64,000 bases of DNA. It comes from Octopus sinensis. Its lineage: Eukaryota. The position numbers and the translations under genes are program-made. The DNA is taken from contig NC_043003.1 of assembly GCF_006345805.1 (NCBI RefSeq), positions 91,946,001-92,010,000 of the forward strand. Direction: 5' to 3'. The notes beneath the pieces were generated by a model. The model was not told where the DNA came from. It searched no databases and was given only the letters and a program-made list of their open reading frames with translations. Each line of letters opens with the position of its first letter. Positions within the stretch are counted from its first letter, which is position 1. Shown here piece by piece: positions 41,001 through 55,413 of this stretch.

Positions 41001-42479
41001 GCTTCTTTTACTTTGGTAATCTCATCAGCAATGAAGGTAGGTATTCCAAATGCACAGAAGCCAGATTAAGAATAGGGTGGAAATGGTTGAGGGAGTATTA
41101 TTTTTGTGGTCAACAAAGGAGATTATCTCTCTAAGTGAAGGATAGATTATGTCATATTTGCACACAGAATGATGTTACATGGTAATGAATATTGGCATTA
41201 AATAAAGAGGCATGCTAGTAGAATCATTAACACATCAGAAGATGTGGTATTTCTTCTGATTCTACGTTTTGAGTTCAAATCCTGCTAAAGTTGATTTTGT
41301 CTTTTGTCCCTTCAGGGTTGATAAAATAAATACCAGTTGAGCACTGTGGTTGATGTAATAGATTAACTCCTTCTTTGCAAATTTACTGGCCTTGTGCCAG
41401 AATTTAAAACCAATATTGACATTGCATGCAGATAATGTGTGTAGAGGGAAAAGAAGTCAAGTATGCATGCTTTACTAGATGTGTAATGTTAGAGTATATT
41501 AACACTGGAACACAAATGAGCTGAGATAAAGATTGAGTATAAGAAGAATCAGCTTTAGTGTGCAAAAACTGTGCTAATCTAGATATATGTATATGAAAGA
41601 TAACAGCTGAGTGAAAAGATAAAGTATTGAACCATACAAATGAAAGAAACATGTTGAAGATGACATTGGAAGATGTGGTAAAGGCTCTTAGAATGGTGAA
41701 CCTTATGAAAAAGATGATGGTCTACAATGAATAATGATTTAGTTTGTTGTAGAAAATCTATTCAATCCATAGAAGCTTTGAAAAATCTGATGTAAAATGA
41801 TGATGGTGATATTTTGAATGAACAAACAAGTATTCAATACAAGCAAGTAGATTATATATATATATATCCAGTATCAAATGATGAAAGGTTAGAGTGTGAC
41901 AGAGAAATAGAGAGGCAGAAATAAGTGTCTTGCTATAGAGGAGGTACATGGTTACCTAGTTAGAGAGAGGGAGAGATACAGAAAGAGGTCAGAAACAAGT
42001 GTACTGATGTAAAAGTGATACTTGGTTACCTGTTCAGCGGAAAAACAAGAGAAGAGGAGAGAAAGTGACCAAAGGGAAAGAGAGAGAATAGGAAACAGCA
42101 AAATTGTAAGAGAGAGTAGAAGAGAGATGGTGTAGTGCTCACAAGTAACAAGACTATGAGCATAGAACCTGGTTAGAAAAATAGGGATTGGATGGGTGGG
42201 GGTGTTGGGAGCAGTGATACAGTGAGCAGAGAAGTGAGGGTAAGAAAGAGGATTAGAAAACAATCATAATGAATGAGGAGGAAATGTGAGGAAGAGAAAA
42301 ATGCAATTAGAAGAGGAGTTGTTGGGTAGAGTAGGTGAAAAGTGTGTTGTTACATGTGGGTGGGACACAACTCTTCTAGTACTCAGTTTCGTGGGCAGGT
42401 CTTCCCTAGGACCTCATATCTATTTCTTTACTACACACAAGGGGCTAAACACAGAGAGGACAAACAAGGAAAGACAAAT

Positions 42480-42648
42480 GGATTAAGTCGATTATATCGA
42501 CCCCAGTGCGCAACTGGTACTTTATTTAATCGACCCCGAAAGATGAAAGGCAAAGTCGACCTTGGCGGAATTTGAACTGAGAATGTAACGGCAGACGAAA
42601 TATGGCTACACATTTCGCTTGGTGTGCTAACGTTTCTGCCAGCTCGCC
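42480..42648 (-). mobile_element. SINE family B, young copy
   Basis: CpG-rich; reverse complement reads GGCGAGCTGGCAGAAACGTTAGCAC...GTCGACTTTGCCTTTCATCTTTCGGGGTCGATT. Confidence 0.85.
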
Positions 42649-42649
42649 T

Positions 42650-42903
42650 AGGACCTCATATCGCCAAACATCTCGGCCTACTGTCATTTCCTCCATGAGT
42701 CCCAACATCCCAAGTTCAATCCTTACCACTTCATCCCATGTCTTCCTGGGTCTCCCTCTTCCACAGGTACCATCCACTTTCAGCAACAAGCACTTCTGTA
42801 TACAGCTGTCTTCACACAGATGCATCACATGTCCAAACCAACACAGTCTCCTCTCCTGCATAACACATTTAATCCCTCTTATGTCTAACTTTTCTCTCAA
42901 CAT
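42650..42903 (-). pseudogene. RTE-clade LINE ORF C-terminal fragment
   Basis: RRLCWFGHVMHL...GRGRPRKTWDEVV motif. Confidence 0.8.
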
Positions 42904-42904
42904 A

Positions 42905-43041
42905 GTTTCTCTCTACCAAATCCACTCACAAGGCTTTGGTTGGCCTGAGGTTATAGTAGAAGACACTTGCTCAAGGTGTCATGCAGTGGTACTGAACCCA
43001 GAACCATGTAGTTGGGTGCAAGCTTCTTCCTGCACAGCCAC
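42905..43041 (-). mobile_element. SINE family A head fragment
   Basis: Reverse complement matches the head and body of the 9725 copy. Confidence 0.75.
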
Positions 43042-43429
43042 TTATTTACTTTTTTGGTACTAGTGAGTTTACCATGCAGTTTGCAAGATTACAAATTTTC
43101 AGATTAACCTCGCCATTGTTAAGTTCAGAACATTTCTTTATGTTGTGTACAGAAATGGAAGAGAATATTGAAGATACATACAAAGGTCATATCTCAACTT
43201 TAAGTATTTTAACTGTTTTGATACCAACCCAGCTTAGAAGATCCATGGTTCTAGGATACAAGCTTCATGTTTGCAGAAAAGGAAGAGGGAGTCAAAGATA
43301 GCTGGGAGATTGTCAGAAGAAAATTGTCTGTTCACTGGCTCAACTTCTTTGAGATTAAATGCTAACAACATAAACATTGTATAATCAATGATATTGTTGT
43401 TAGATTGCATTAAGTCAAAGTCTTCCTAT

Positions 43430-45888
43430 GGCCCTGGAAAAAGCAATAAATGGGAAATAACTCATAGAAATAGAAAACGTCTTTTACGTTTCGAGCCTAC
43501 GCTCTTCGATAGAAAGATACACAGAAAAAAACAAGGAGAGAAAAAAATGCGTGTAGGAGCTAACGATCTATCATGGCGTCCTGACTTCGGACAGTGGTCA
43601 GACGCGAGAAGGACAGTAGGGGAGATAACAGGGTCAAGTGACTTCAAGTGACTGGGTGGGTTTATAGGGGGAGGGGAAGGTGGGTATATGAGGAGAGAAG
43701 AGAGTGGGGCGGGGATGGGGGAGAGTGAGAGGGGATAGAAGAGGGGGGAGGGGTATGGGGAGGAGGAGGAGGAGAGGAGGGGTATGGGGAGGAGGAGTGG
43801 TAGGGAGAGGAGGAGGAGGGAAGGGGAGGAGGAGGGAGAGGGGAGAGAAGGGGAAGAGGGAAGAAGAGAGAAGAAGAGGGAAGAAGGGAAGAGGAGGGAA
43901 AGAGAGTAGGGGTGAAAAGATGTAGGACTGAAGAGAAGTAGGAGTCGGGGAGGAGGTTAGATGAAAAGGGAGAGAGTTGAGCCCAAATGGCGTAAAAGAG
44001 CAAAGAGAGAAGATCAATCCTTGTTCACGGCGTAAGCAGGAATCCAGATGGCCTCTGTGCAAGGACAATCCGAACACAGATGAGTGTTGCAAGGAGTGAT
44101 CGGTGGAGCGGAAATGGCGCGAGACAGGAGTGTCATTGGCGAGGTGGATGTCTCGGAGGTGTTCCGCGAACCGGTCAGCCAAGCGGCGTCCCGTTTGTCC
44201 GATGTACAGGGAATGGCAGAGGGAGCAGGAGATGCAATAGATGATATTGCTGGAGGTGCAGGTGAAGGAGTCGATGATGGGTGCCGGTGAGGAGGGTGGT
44301 ATTGGAGAGGTAAGGGCAAGTGCGGCAACGTGGGCACTAGCAGGGGAAGAGCCAGGTTGGGAGGTAGGGTCGGGGAAGAAACTGTGGACCAAGAGGTCTC
44401 GTAGGTTATGGGCTCGTTTGAAGGAGGGGAGGGGTCGGTTAGGGAAGAGGTGTGAAGTGGACGGGTCGGACTGGAGATGCCGGAAAGCTCGAAGAAAGGT
44501 GCGTTGGAGAGGTAGGGTGGTGGGGTGGTATGTGAGGGGAAAATGGAGGCGGGAGACTGCAGGGCGGGTTCGGGGGGAGAGACCAGATGCACGGTCTACG
44601 GAACGTGCTCTGGCAAGGGCGGTGTGGATAGTAGTGAGGGGGTATCCACGTAGGATGAAGTGGCGAGCCATGAGTTGAGACTGAGTCTCAAAGTCATGTT
44701 CATCACTACAGAGCCTACGTAGACGGAGGAATTGGGAACAGGGGATGGAAAGCTTGGTGTGTTTGGGGTGGGAGGAAGAGAAGTTGAGGTATGAGTGTGA
44801 GTCTGTGTGTTTGTAGTGAATGGAGGTGGTAAGAGTGGAGTGATGAATGCTGACCGAAATGTCGAGGAAGGAGACAGAGGTGTTGGAGATAGTGCAGGTG
44901 AAGTGGAGGGCAGGATGGAAGGATTGAACGAAAGAGAGAAAGGAGTCTAGATGTTCGCGGGAGAGTGAGGTGGAACCGATACAGTCGTCAATGTAACGAC
45001 CGTATAGCTCGGGAGTGGGACCAGTGAAACTAGAGAATATTTGGGCCTCAACATAGGCAACGAACAGGTTCGCATAGTTGGGGCCCATTCGCGTTCCCCT
45101 GGCCACTCCCGAGACCCGCGAACGAGAAGCAGTTAAGAGAAAGGACAAGTTCGGCCAGACGAATGAGTGTGGAGGTGTCGGGTTCGGGGTTGGGGCAGAG
45201 GTCGAGAAAGTGTTGAAGTGCACGCAGTCCTTCGTGGTGAGGGATGAGGGTATAGAGGCTCTGGATGTCCATTGTAAAGAGGAGTTTGGAGGAGCTGGGA
45301 GGAAAGGAGAAAGAGTTGAAAAGCCGGAGAGCATGGTTGGTGTCGTGTATGTGAGAGGGAAGAGACGCCACTAGGGGGGCAAGGACACGGTCGAGGTATT
45401 TTGAGATGAGCTCCGTGGGGCAGTTACAGGCGGAGATGATGGGGCGGCCAGGGTTGTTGGGTTTGTGGATTTTGGGGAGGAAGTAAATGGTGGGGGTGCG
45501 TGGGGTTCGGACAATGAGGTTGGATGCGGTGTGGGGGATACAGGAGGACGAGATGAGGTCGTGGACAGTAGAGGAGACCGTCTGTTGGTAGCTAAGCGTG
45601 GGGTCGGAGGACAGAGGGGAGTAGAAGGAGGTGTCATTGAGTTGGCGGAGCGCCTCGGCCCTGTAGAGGTCCGCGCACCACGCCACCGGCCGGTTTAATG
45701 ACAATGTCAGCGCGCCGTCGGAGGGAACGAAGAGACGAGAGCTCGGCCTGGGAGATGTTGAGGCAGCGGTGGCGCCTGGAGAAGTTGGACCGCTCCAACG
45801 CGCGCTGACAGGCACCCGCGAAAAGATCCACTGCTTGGAACTGGCCGGGGGAAGGCGTCCACTTTGATGGTCGGCGGCCCAGGTCAGT
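43430..45888 (-). mobile_element. Penelope-like retroelement (RT + GIY-YIG endonuclease), 5'-truncated and frameshifted
   Basis: LPKIHKPNNPGRPII, TMDIQSLYT, MGPNYANLF, RYIDD, SQFLRLRRLCS and IIYCISCSLCHSLYIGQTGRRLADRFAEH; frameshift near 45115; pyrimidine-rich 3' region. Confidence 0.95.
43480..43517 (-). ncRNA. Minimal hammerhead-like motif with altered core
   Basis: Minus strand: TCTTT CTATCGAA GAGC-GTAG-GCTC GAAAC GTA AAAGA. Confidence 0.6.
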
Positions 45889-45900
45889 GATATATATATA

Positions 45901-48306
45901 CTAGCAGAGATAACCAGCATTGCCCGGTTACATTCAATTGAAGAATTAGACGTTTTTGTTATATATATATATGGATACACACACACACACACACTCACAC
46001 ATATATATATATATATGTATATTAATATAAATACATGAAAGTAAATGAAGTTTGTTAAAAAAAAAAGGGGATCATGTATATACCTCCTGGCTGTTGAGAT
46101 TATAACACCTCGTTGTAAATAATGTTCCTTGTTTTTCATTGTGGAGCATATACAAAAAGGTTTCCTTTGGTTCCTACTCTTGAGCAGCCAACATAAAGTT
46201 GCCCATGCGAGAAGCAGGGCTCTTCCAAGAGAAGACCAGCTAAAGAGAGGGTTTGACCCTGAGATTTGTTAATGGACATGGCAAAGCTGACACGAAGGGG
46301 GAATCGCAGTTTTCTGAATGTAAATGGAATTTCTGCTCCTGATGGAGTAAGAGGAATTCTTGGGATAAAGACGTCATCACCTTTTCCACATCCAGAAAGA
46401 ATGATCGCCTCGATAACGTGTGACATCATTTTCTTTATCACCAGTCATGTTCCATTGCAAAGTCTTGGTGGTTCCAGATTGCGGAGTAGCATTACAGGAG
46501 TTCCAACTTTAAGTGCTAATATGTGTGGAGGTAGTCCAGGAGGCTCCAGTGAGTTGAGAAATTCAGGAGGATAGTTCACAACTTCATTTATATCTGAAAT
46601 TGTATCGACAGACTTGTAAGTGTGTATAGTGCTGGGAAGAGAATGCATTAGCTGTTGATTAATTTTGTTAACAGCAACGTTTTTTGGAACTAATATTGCT
46701 CTTTCACAGCCTATTGTGATTTTGTTAGTTTTGTGTGAAGTTGGGAAAGACTTTGTTTCTGAGGTCATCTACAGAATTAACAACAGAGAGAGGAAAATGA
46801 CCACACTTCCTTTAGTCCTGCAGCATCGAGAGGCATCTTGCCTTCACCAAGTGTCAAAATGTCCTGTGCAAACTTTGTGAACATTTTGTCGCTGTGTAGC
46901 TGAGCTCTCATGTTAGTGGTGAGACTGAGGATTGTAACATGATGCCACAGGGTAGAGGACTTTAGGCATGCTTGGACTTCATCTGCTCTAGTGCCTTTCG
47001 GAATGACAGGAAGAGTTTGCCTGAAATCACCTGACAACAGAAGCGTTACACCTCCCATTGGAGCCTGACAGTCTCGGATGTCTTTCAGGGCTCTATCTAA
47101 TGCTTCCAAAGCTCCCTTGTGAGCCATAGTGCACTCATCTCAGACAATTAGATGACACATTTTAAGTACTTGTCCCTGATCTGAGCTTTTGTTGATTTTG
47201 CATGAAGGCATTTCGGATGCTGCTAAATTGAGAGGGGGTTTAAAAGTTGAGTGTGCTGTCCTGCCACCGGGTAACAAAGTAGCTGCAATGCCAGAGGAGG
47301 CTTCAGCTACTGCAATGTCCTGATGCTGCCTAACTTCTGCAAGGAGAAGCTTTGTAATAAATGTTTTTCATGTCCCTCCAGGAGCATCGAGGAAGAAGAT
47401 TCGTCCCTCACGTTGGCGTACACTGTTAAGAATAGTTCTGTAGGCCTGCAGCTGGTCCGGAAGTAACTTAGGCTCATTTTCAACAATGTACTTTGAAAGC
47501 GCTTGAGTGTCGTAGGTTGTTTCACGAATGACAACAGTGGGAAGGCTATTTGACCCTGACCTGAATGCTTGTGGCAGGCCATACGTCGACAATTCATTTC
47601 CACCCAGTTTAGCAATTCTGTCTTCAATGTCAATGAGTGCTTTGTTATAGATTTCATTGCTGATACCCTCCATGTCAGGATAGAGCAGTTGAGCTTGGCG
47701 CTGAAAGTCTTCAGCCAGGTTGTCTCTATATTTGAGCCATAGAGTGGCCGGATCACACAGTTCGCATGCCTGTAGTAATACTGCAAATAGTGCCCTGAGA
47801 CTTTTTGGTGATTGTGATAAAGCAGCCTCTCCTAAAGTTGCATCCCATTGTACACCATCTTCTAACAGACCTTGTCGATAGCAGGCTTCTCTGTATGTTG
47901 TGCAGACATGTCCATGAACGGTTTTTAGGGCCTGGAAACACGTTGGCTCTCTGACCTAATGCAGTAGTAGACGAAGGTAGAAGCACTCTTGTTGAGTGGG
48001 ATGCACTGTGTATACTCGCCCAAGGCAAGTGTGAAACTTAATGCCAGGGTATCCATGAACATTTTGACCTGCTTTCCGTGGGGCCCATTTTTTCCCATTC
48101 CAAGTGTAGTACGATGGAATCTGTGGATACAGCAAGGTTTGAGCGAATGGATCCACTTGACAAAGCTTGAAGAATGCAGTAAGTGTGCTATCCCTTGGTT
48201 CCTCTGCCAACAGAGAAGCATTAGCATCGGTGAAGTACACTCTTTGACCATTTTCCAGGTGCACTGCAAGCTGTTGAATGGTGGAGTGTCGTTGGTGAAT
48301 TGGAAA

Positions 48307-48310
<4 letters not shown>
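45901..48310 (-). mobile_element. Helitron 3' part: decayed PIF1-like helicase plus 3' terminus
   Basis: FLDAPGGT, LLLSGDFRQTLPVI, GTPVMLLRNL.PPRLCNGT, FAMSINKSQGQTL and FSHGQLYVGCSRV in broken frames; minus-strand end CCGGGCAATGCTGGTTATCTCTGCTAG. Confidence 0.93.
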
Positions 48311-48350
<40 letters not shown>

Positions 48351-48364
48351 ATTTATATAAACAC

Positions 48365-48914
48365 ACACAAATATTAGAGAGAATCCACTATGTGGACGCT
48401 CTTATGCTAAAAATAGATCCGCAATGGTCTCATCCACTAAGAATTGTTCTCGAGAAAAATTTAGCACAACTATGAACGTAAGCGAGCAGGACAAATGAAA
48501 AATAACAAAAATATAGATTAACTCCAGACAATTGTTTCACTGTTAATAAATTATGCAATTTTACTTACACAATAAATCTACCGATCATCAGTGAGATTCG
48601 TCATAAAATATAATTTGTCGAACTGCACGCCAGATATTAACACGAAGTCAAAGATACGAGTAGTTCGGCCTATTAAATTCGCAGTTATATTCAAATGCCC
48701 TCGTTCGAGCGCGCCAAATTCCTGGAAATAAATACTGCATAAATAATTCACTGCAGTAGTTAGTGCCGGTTTGAGAACATATTAATTTATAATTAAAATC
48801 AAAATAAGGGTGAAAAAATTGGATATTAATTTAATAACATCAATTTAACACCAGTTAAAAAACTGAGATTCAGTAAATATTAATACACAAATATGAGAGA
48901 GAATCCATGATGTG
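48365..48914 (-). mobile_element. Solo Penelope-like terminal-repeat remnant
   Basis: 30-bp direct repeat at 48365-48394 and 48885-48914, internal hammerhead core, (TA)n on both sides. Confidence 0.55.
48522..48595 (-). ncRNA. Type I hammerhead-like motif with intact core and long stem II
   Basis: Minus strand: CTCA CTGATGA ...46 nt... GAAAC AATT GTC TGGAG. Confidence 0.6.
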
Positions 48915-48974
48915 ATTTTAATTACATATATATATATATATATTATATATATATATAATAATATATACATATAC

Positions 48975-49009
<35 letters not shown>

Positions 49010-49010
<1 letters not shown>

Positions 49011-50734
49011 CTTCTATATATATAAAACTGAGAATGTGTGTCTGTCTGTCTGTCTGTGTCCCTAAAACTTGAGTACTACACAACCAATTTCATTCAAATT
49101 TTACACATGCCTTACTTAGGGTCCGGGGAGTGTCATCGGCAAAATTTTTTTTAACTTTTTGCCTAGGGCGAGCCCACAGCAATTTCATATCTTCTCCACT
49201 ATGATTCCCTAAAACTTGAGAACTACACAACCAATTTCATTCAAATTTTACACATGCCTTACTTAGGATCCATGTAGTTTCATGGGCATAAAAAGGTTCA
49301 ACTTCTTGCCTAGGGCGAGCCCATAGCAATATCATATTTTCTCCACTATTTCAGTATTACGTGTTAAAAGTGAAGCAAAAACATTTCTCTATTTTATGTC
49401 AGATACTTTCCCTTTAACAATAAAAATTAGAGATAATAATAACAATTGAATTATATGTAGCAAGTAATAATTAAAATCAAACTAAAGTATAATATAATCG
49501 TAACACAACAAAAGTAAAAATAGCAATTGGTATAAAATTGCATCAATGACTTGAACTTAAATAAGTGGTTTCACATGAATGGGAATAAATTAAAAATAAA
49601 ATTAGTGTGCAGAAATGGAATAGTCCAGATGGAGCTGTGCACATACCCTTTACCACGGCTTTTACATTAGATTATCTGCTAATTAGTTAGCATTAAGTAT
49701 CTATATGAAGTTTGGCTGTATGTAATGTCTGTTTTTCTCGAACAGCCTCTTCTACTGAGTACTGCTGTTGGTTTATTTCTTATACATAAAGGACTATAGC
49801 TTTAACTGCATACTGCTTTTTGATTCACCGTAAGGTTTGTTATTATTATTACTGTTTAACTATTGTTATCACGGTTGTTGGTTCATCGTAAGGGAAACGT
49901 TGTTGTGTTGCATTTGTTAAATAATTATAAACCGTAACCCTCCCCCTTTGGGAAAAGGAGCTTTGGTTATTGTTTAAAAATTGAATTGTGTCCCTGTTTG
50001 GGGAAACTGACAATATTTTCACCGTTTATACGGAAGCATTTTTGTTAAAATGCCTTCGATAGAAGAAAGTCCAAAAATGAATTTCGCTGAAGCCGTCGGC
50101 GGGCGCGAACTCATGAAAATTAAAATGGAAGAAATATATACCTATTTCGGATTGATCACCGATAAAGACGGTGAATCTAGGATAACACCACCAAACGAAA
50201 TAAAAAAATTAAATTAAAGAAAAGACTATTGTCTATAAAGTATACAATGTAGAGAAAAAAAGATTTGAACACCTGGAGGAAAGCACCAACGAAAGGTGTC
50301 TTGGTGCGATTATGAAAGATATCTAACCAGAGGCGGTAAATTTGCCACAATAGAAGCAAGGTTCGAGTCAACGGAGCGTGCAAGGGGGTACTCGAATTGA
50401 ACCTTACAAAGTGGAAATATTTTATTTTTACCTTTATATCTGGGACGTAGGACGTCCCGGATAAAAATTTAGAATGTCCCCCCAGAAGTAGAGGTAACCT
50501 GGATTGTAGCCACTCTTCTATACAAGAGGGAGAACAAGATACAATTGATCGAAATTGCAAGAGATGGGCCTACAATTCCAGTCTGTTATATATTTTGATT
50601 AAGCGATATCAAGATATAAATTTGTATTTTGTATTTTATGTGTAGATGTATATATATATAGATGTACATGTAATATGTACACATATATACATGCGCTAGC
50701 ACTATGACCCGGCAACGACGGGTCATAATGCTAG
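49010..50734 (+). mobile_element. Non-autonomous Helitron-like element A
   Basis: 5' TCTTCTATATATATAAAA plus (GTCT)n; ~147-bp internal duplication (49059 / 49206); 3' hairpin TATGACCCG-GCAACGA-CGGGTCATA then CTAG-T. Confidence 0.85.
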
Positions 50735-50827
50735 TATATATATATATATTATATATATATATATATACACACACAAATATATATATATATTATATATATA
50801 TATACATACATACATATATATATACAT

Positions 50828-50889
<62 letters not shown>

Positions 50890-50895
50890 ATATAT

Positions 50896-51791
<896 letters not shown>

Positions 51792-52259
51792 TATCTCTAT
51801 ATAAAAGTGAAATGTCCGAAAGTTGTATGTTTGCATGTCTCATTTAGTGGTTTATGCAGGGTTCAATGGTAGTAGGCGTGCTCAGATTGTGGCGAAAATT
51901 TACAGGGACATCTAAAATGAGGCGAGGAAGCGACTGGACTAGGTGAGAAATCCCCATCTCAAAAGCTGTGGTTACTAGGGCAACAAAACATAGACTTTGA
52001 CAAGTGTTTGTCGTTTCTCTTTTTCGGATGTCACCCTGTCTTCTTCGATATCTATCTTTCTCCCCTTCTCTCCACTTTGACAACTTCCACTCTCTTTCCC
52101 TCTCTGCCTTCGCCGTCTCTCTGTCACTCTTTCTCCCACCGCAGCCGCAAAAGTTTAAATATTCCCGTCACAGGTCTTTTAGAACGATGAATTATTATTG
52201 CCCACCACCACCGCACAATCATGATAACATATATTATTAATCTGATATTTATTGTGTTA

Positions 52260-52339
<80 letters not shown>

Positions 52340-52371
52340 TTTATTTTAAGCAGCAGAAAATTCAACAAAAT

Positions 52372-52409
52372 CTGTTACTCTGAGTTTCTCGTTGCCGTTC
52401 ATCAGACAG
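52372..52409 (-). ncRNA. Type I hammerhead ribozyme motif, intact core
   Basis: Minus strand: CTGT CTGATGA ACGGCAACGA GAAAC TCAGA GTA ACAG. Confidence 0.72.
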
Positions 52410-55400
52410 TTTTTGCTAGAATGGAACCGATATATCAATTCAATCTAGACTCTTACAAACGCTACACCTTTAAAAAGAAATGGACTTGTTTGATTGGCCC
52501 TTTAGAAAAAAACGGTCAATCTTCGAGCGATAAACAAAAAGGTCAAAAATATATGTATATATATATATAAAAAAAGCTTATAAAAAATTATAAAATCCGA
52601 GGAAAAAACCTTACATTGAATAAAATACATATTGACGTTAATGAAGAAAGTATAAATTAATTCATAGGAATTAAACCTGTTATAAATATTACACTGCAAT
52701 ACATATGTGCATATATATATCAACATACACAAAAAGGATGCGCGCCAACGCCATACATATACAGACGTATGAATATAAATCTAAATATACACATAAATGC
52801 ATGTGTACATATATTCACGCAAAACCATCTCGCACGCAAGTTAAAAATCATGTATGTAGCGATTCTCATATACTGAGTAAGGGGGGGGGAAACGAAAGAA
52901 AGGAAGAGAGAGAAAAAGGAACGAAGGAGGGGTGGGGAAAAAAACGAAATAAGAAAAAATTATGTATACAATCTGTGTAACGGCGTTATTGGCATATATG
53001 GAGGCAAGTATACAAACAAGTTCGTATGGATACATACATACAGTCGTGTATATGTGTGCTTTAGCACAAACATACTCTCACTTACACATACACAGATACG
53101 CATGCTTACAAATACATATCCTCGGCTATACACATACTTACATCAACATTTAAATTTTGACAACATTGCTTTTTTTGAAAAAAACATTGCTTTTTTTTAA
53201 AAGAATGGGTGCATTAATAAAAATATATACGAAAGACATATAAAATAAAATATAACACCCTATTTTGGATCATTTATAAATAATCAAGGTAATCCTATAC
53301 AATACAGTAACCTGAAAACAGGGTCGAAGGTTTTTCCTGATGTATATGTAGAAACATAAGACTTTGCTATACGGATTAAGATCCGCATAGCTTGGAAAAC
53401 AAAATCCATCGTAGCGCTCATCGTTCAAGAGTCAAAATCAAAATTTCAAAAATCAAAAATACAAAATATATACTCTATCCATATGGTATATTTATATTCG
53501 ACATTTTAAATTTAGCCGCGTGCCTACATAAGTTTATTAGCTCACTTCTTTGATTCAAAGAATTATTGTCTTTGAATAAGATGTACATTTTTTCTAATAG
53601 ACAAAGTTTGCACTTGAAATTATTTTTGTAAGCTCCATGCCTGTATGGTGCCGCCCTGTCCAGAATGCTCCATGTCACGTTGAAAAGTGGGGCTTCCTTT
53701 TCTTTTAGCTCCCAGACATATTTTGCTAGGCTGGTCCTCTTCCTATTCTCTGGGTATTTAAATGAATTTTTATGAGAATAAAATCTTGTTTTAAATAAAT
53801 TTTCTGAAGCCCCTGTGTATGTCTTGTATTCTGATGAGCCTTCCACTTGCACCTTGGCTCTATAAACTACTTCTTTCACTAGACATTTCCCTTCTAACGG
53901 ACATGGTGCCGAGCCCATTAAGAAATGCAATTGCAAAAACGAAAGCTCCTGTCCGTTAGAAGGGAAATGTCTAGTGAAAGGAGTAGTTTATAGAGCCAAG
54001 GTGGAAGTGGAAGGCTCATCAGAATACAAGACATACACAGGGGCTTCAGAAAATTCATTTAAAACAAGATTTTATTCTCATAAAAATTCATTTAAATACC
54101 CAGAGAATAGGAAGAGGACCAGCCTAGCAAAATATGTCTGGGAACTAAAAGAAAAGGAAGCCCCACCTTCAAATAATTTCAAGTGCAAACTTTGTCTATT
54201 AGAAAAAATGTACATCTTATTCAAAGACAATAATTCTTTGAATCAAAGAAGTGAGCTAATAAACTTATGTAGGCACGCGGCTAAATTTAAAATGTCGAAT
54301 ATAAATATACCATATGGATAGAGTATATATTTTGTATTTTTGATTTTTGAAATTTTGATTTTGACTCTTGAACGATGAGCGCTACGATGGATTTTGTTTT
54401 CCAAGCTATGCGGATCTTAATCCGTATAGCAAAGTCTTATGTTTCTACATATACATCAGGAAAAACCTTCGACCCTGTTTTCAGGTTACTGTATTGTATA
54501 GGATTACCTTGATCATTTATATTACCTGATTATTTATAAATGATCCAAAATAGGGTGTTATATTTTATTTTACATGTCTTTCGTATATATTTTTTTATTA
54601 ATGCACCCATTCTTTTTAAAAAAAGCAATGTTTTTTTCAAAAAAAGCAATGTTGTCAAAATTAAAATGTTGATGTAAGTATGTGTATAGCCGAGGATATG
54701 TATTTGTAAGCATGCGTATCTGTGTATGTGTAAGTGAGAGTATGTTTGTGCTTAAGCACACATATACACGACTGTATGTATGTATCCATACGAACTTGTT
54801 TGTATACTTGTCTCCATATATGCCAATAACGCCGTTACACAGATTGTATACATAATTTTTTCTTATTTCGTTTTTTTCCACACCCCTCCTTCGTTCCTTT
54901 TTCTCTCTCTTCCTTTCTTTCGTTCCCCCCCCCTTACTCAGTATATGAGAATCGCTACATACATGATTTTTAACTTGCGTGCGAGATGGTTTTGCGTGAA
55001 TATATGTACACATGCATTTATGTGTATATTTAGATTTATATTCATACGTCTGTTTATGTATGGCGTTGGCGCGCATCCTTTTTGTGTATGTTGATATATA
55101 TATGCACATTTTAATAAAAATATGTATTGCAGTGTAATATTTATAACAGGTTTAATTCCTATGAATTAATTTATACTTTCTTCATTAACGTCAATATGTA
55201 TTTTATTCAATGTAAGGTTTTTTCCTCGGATTTTATAATTTTTTATAAGCTTTTTTATATATATATACATATATTTTTGACCTTTTTGTTTATCACTCGA
55301 AGATTGACCGTTTTTTTCTAAAGGGCCAATCAAACAAGTCCATTTCTTTTTAAAGGTGTAGCGTTTGTAAGAGTCTAGATTGAATTGATATATCGGTTCC

Positions 55401-55413
55401 ATTCTAGCAAAAA

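Noticed and set aside
43634-45334. 566-aa ORF as an active retroelement protein
   Set aside because: It starts mid-RT after a frameshift, has a frame-swapped linker, and runs on into a pyrimidine repeat.
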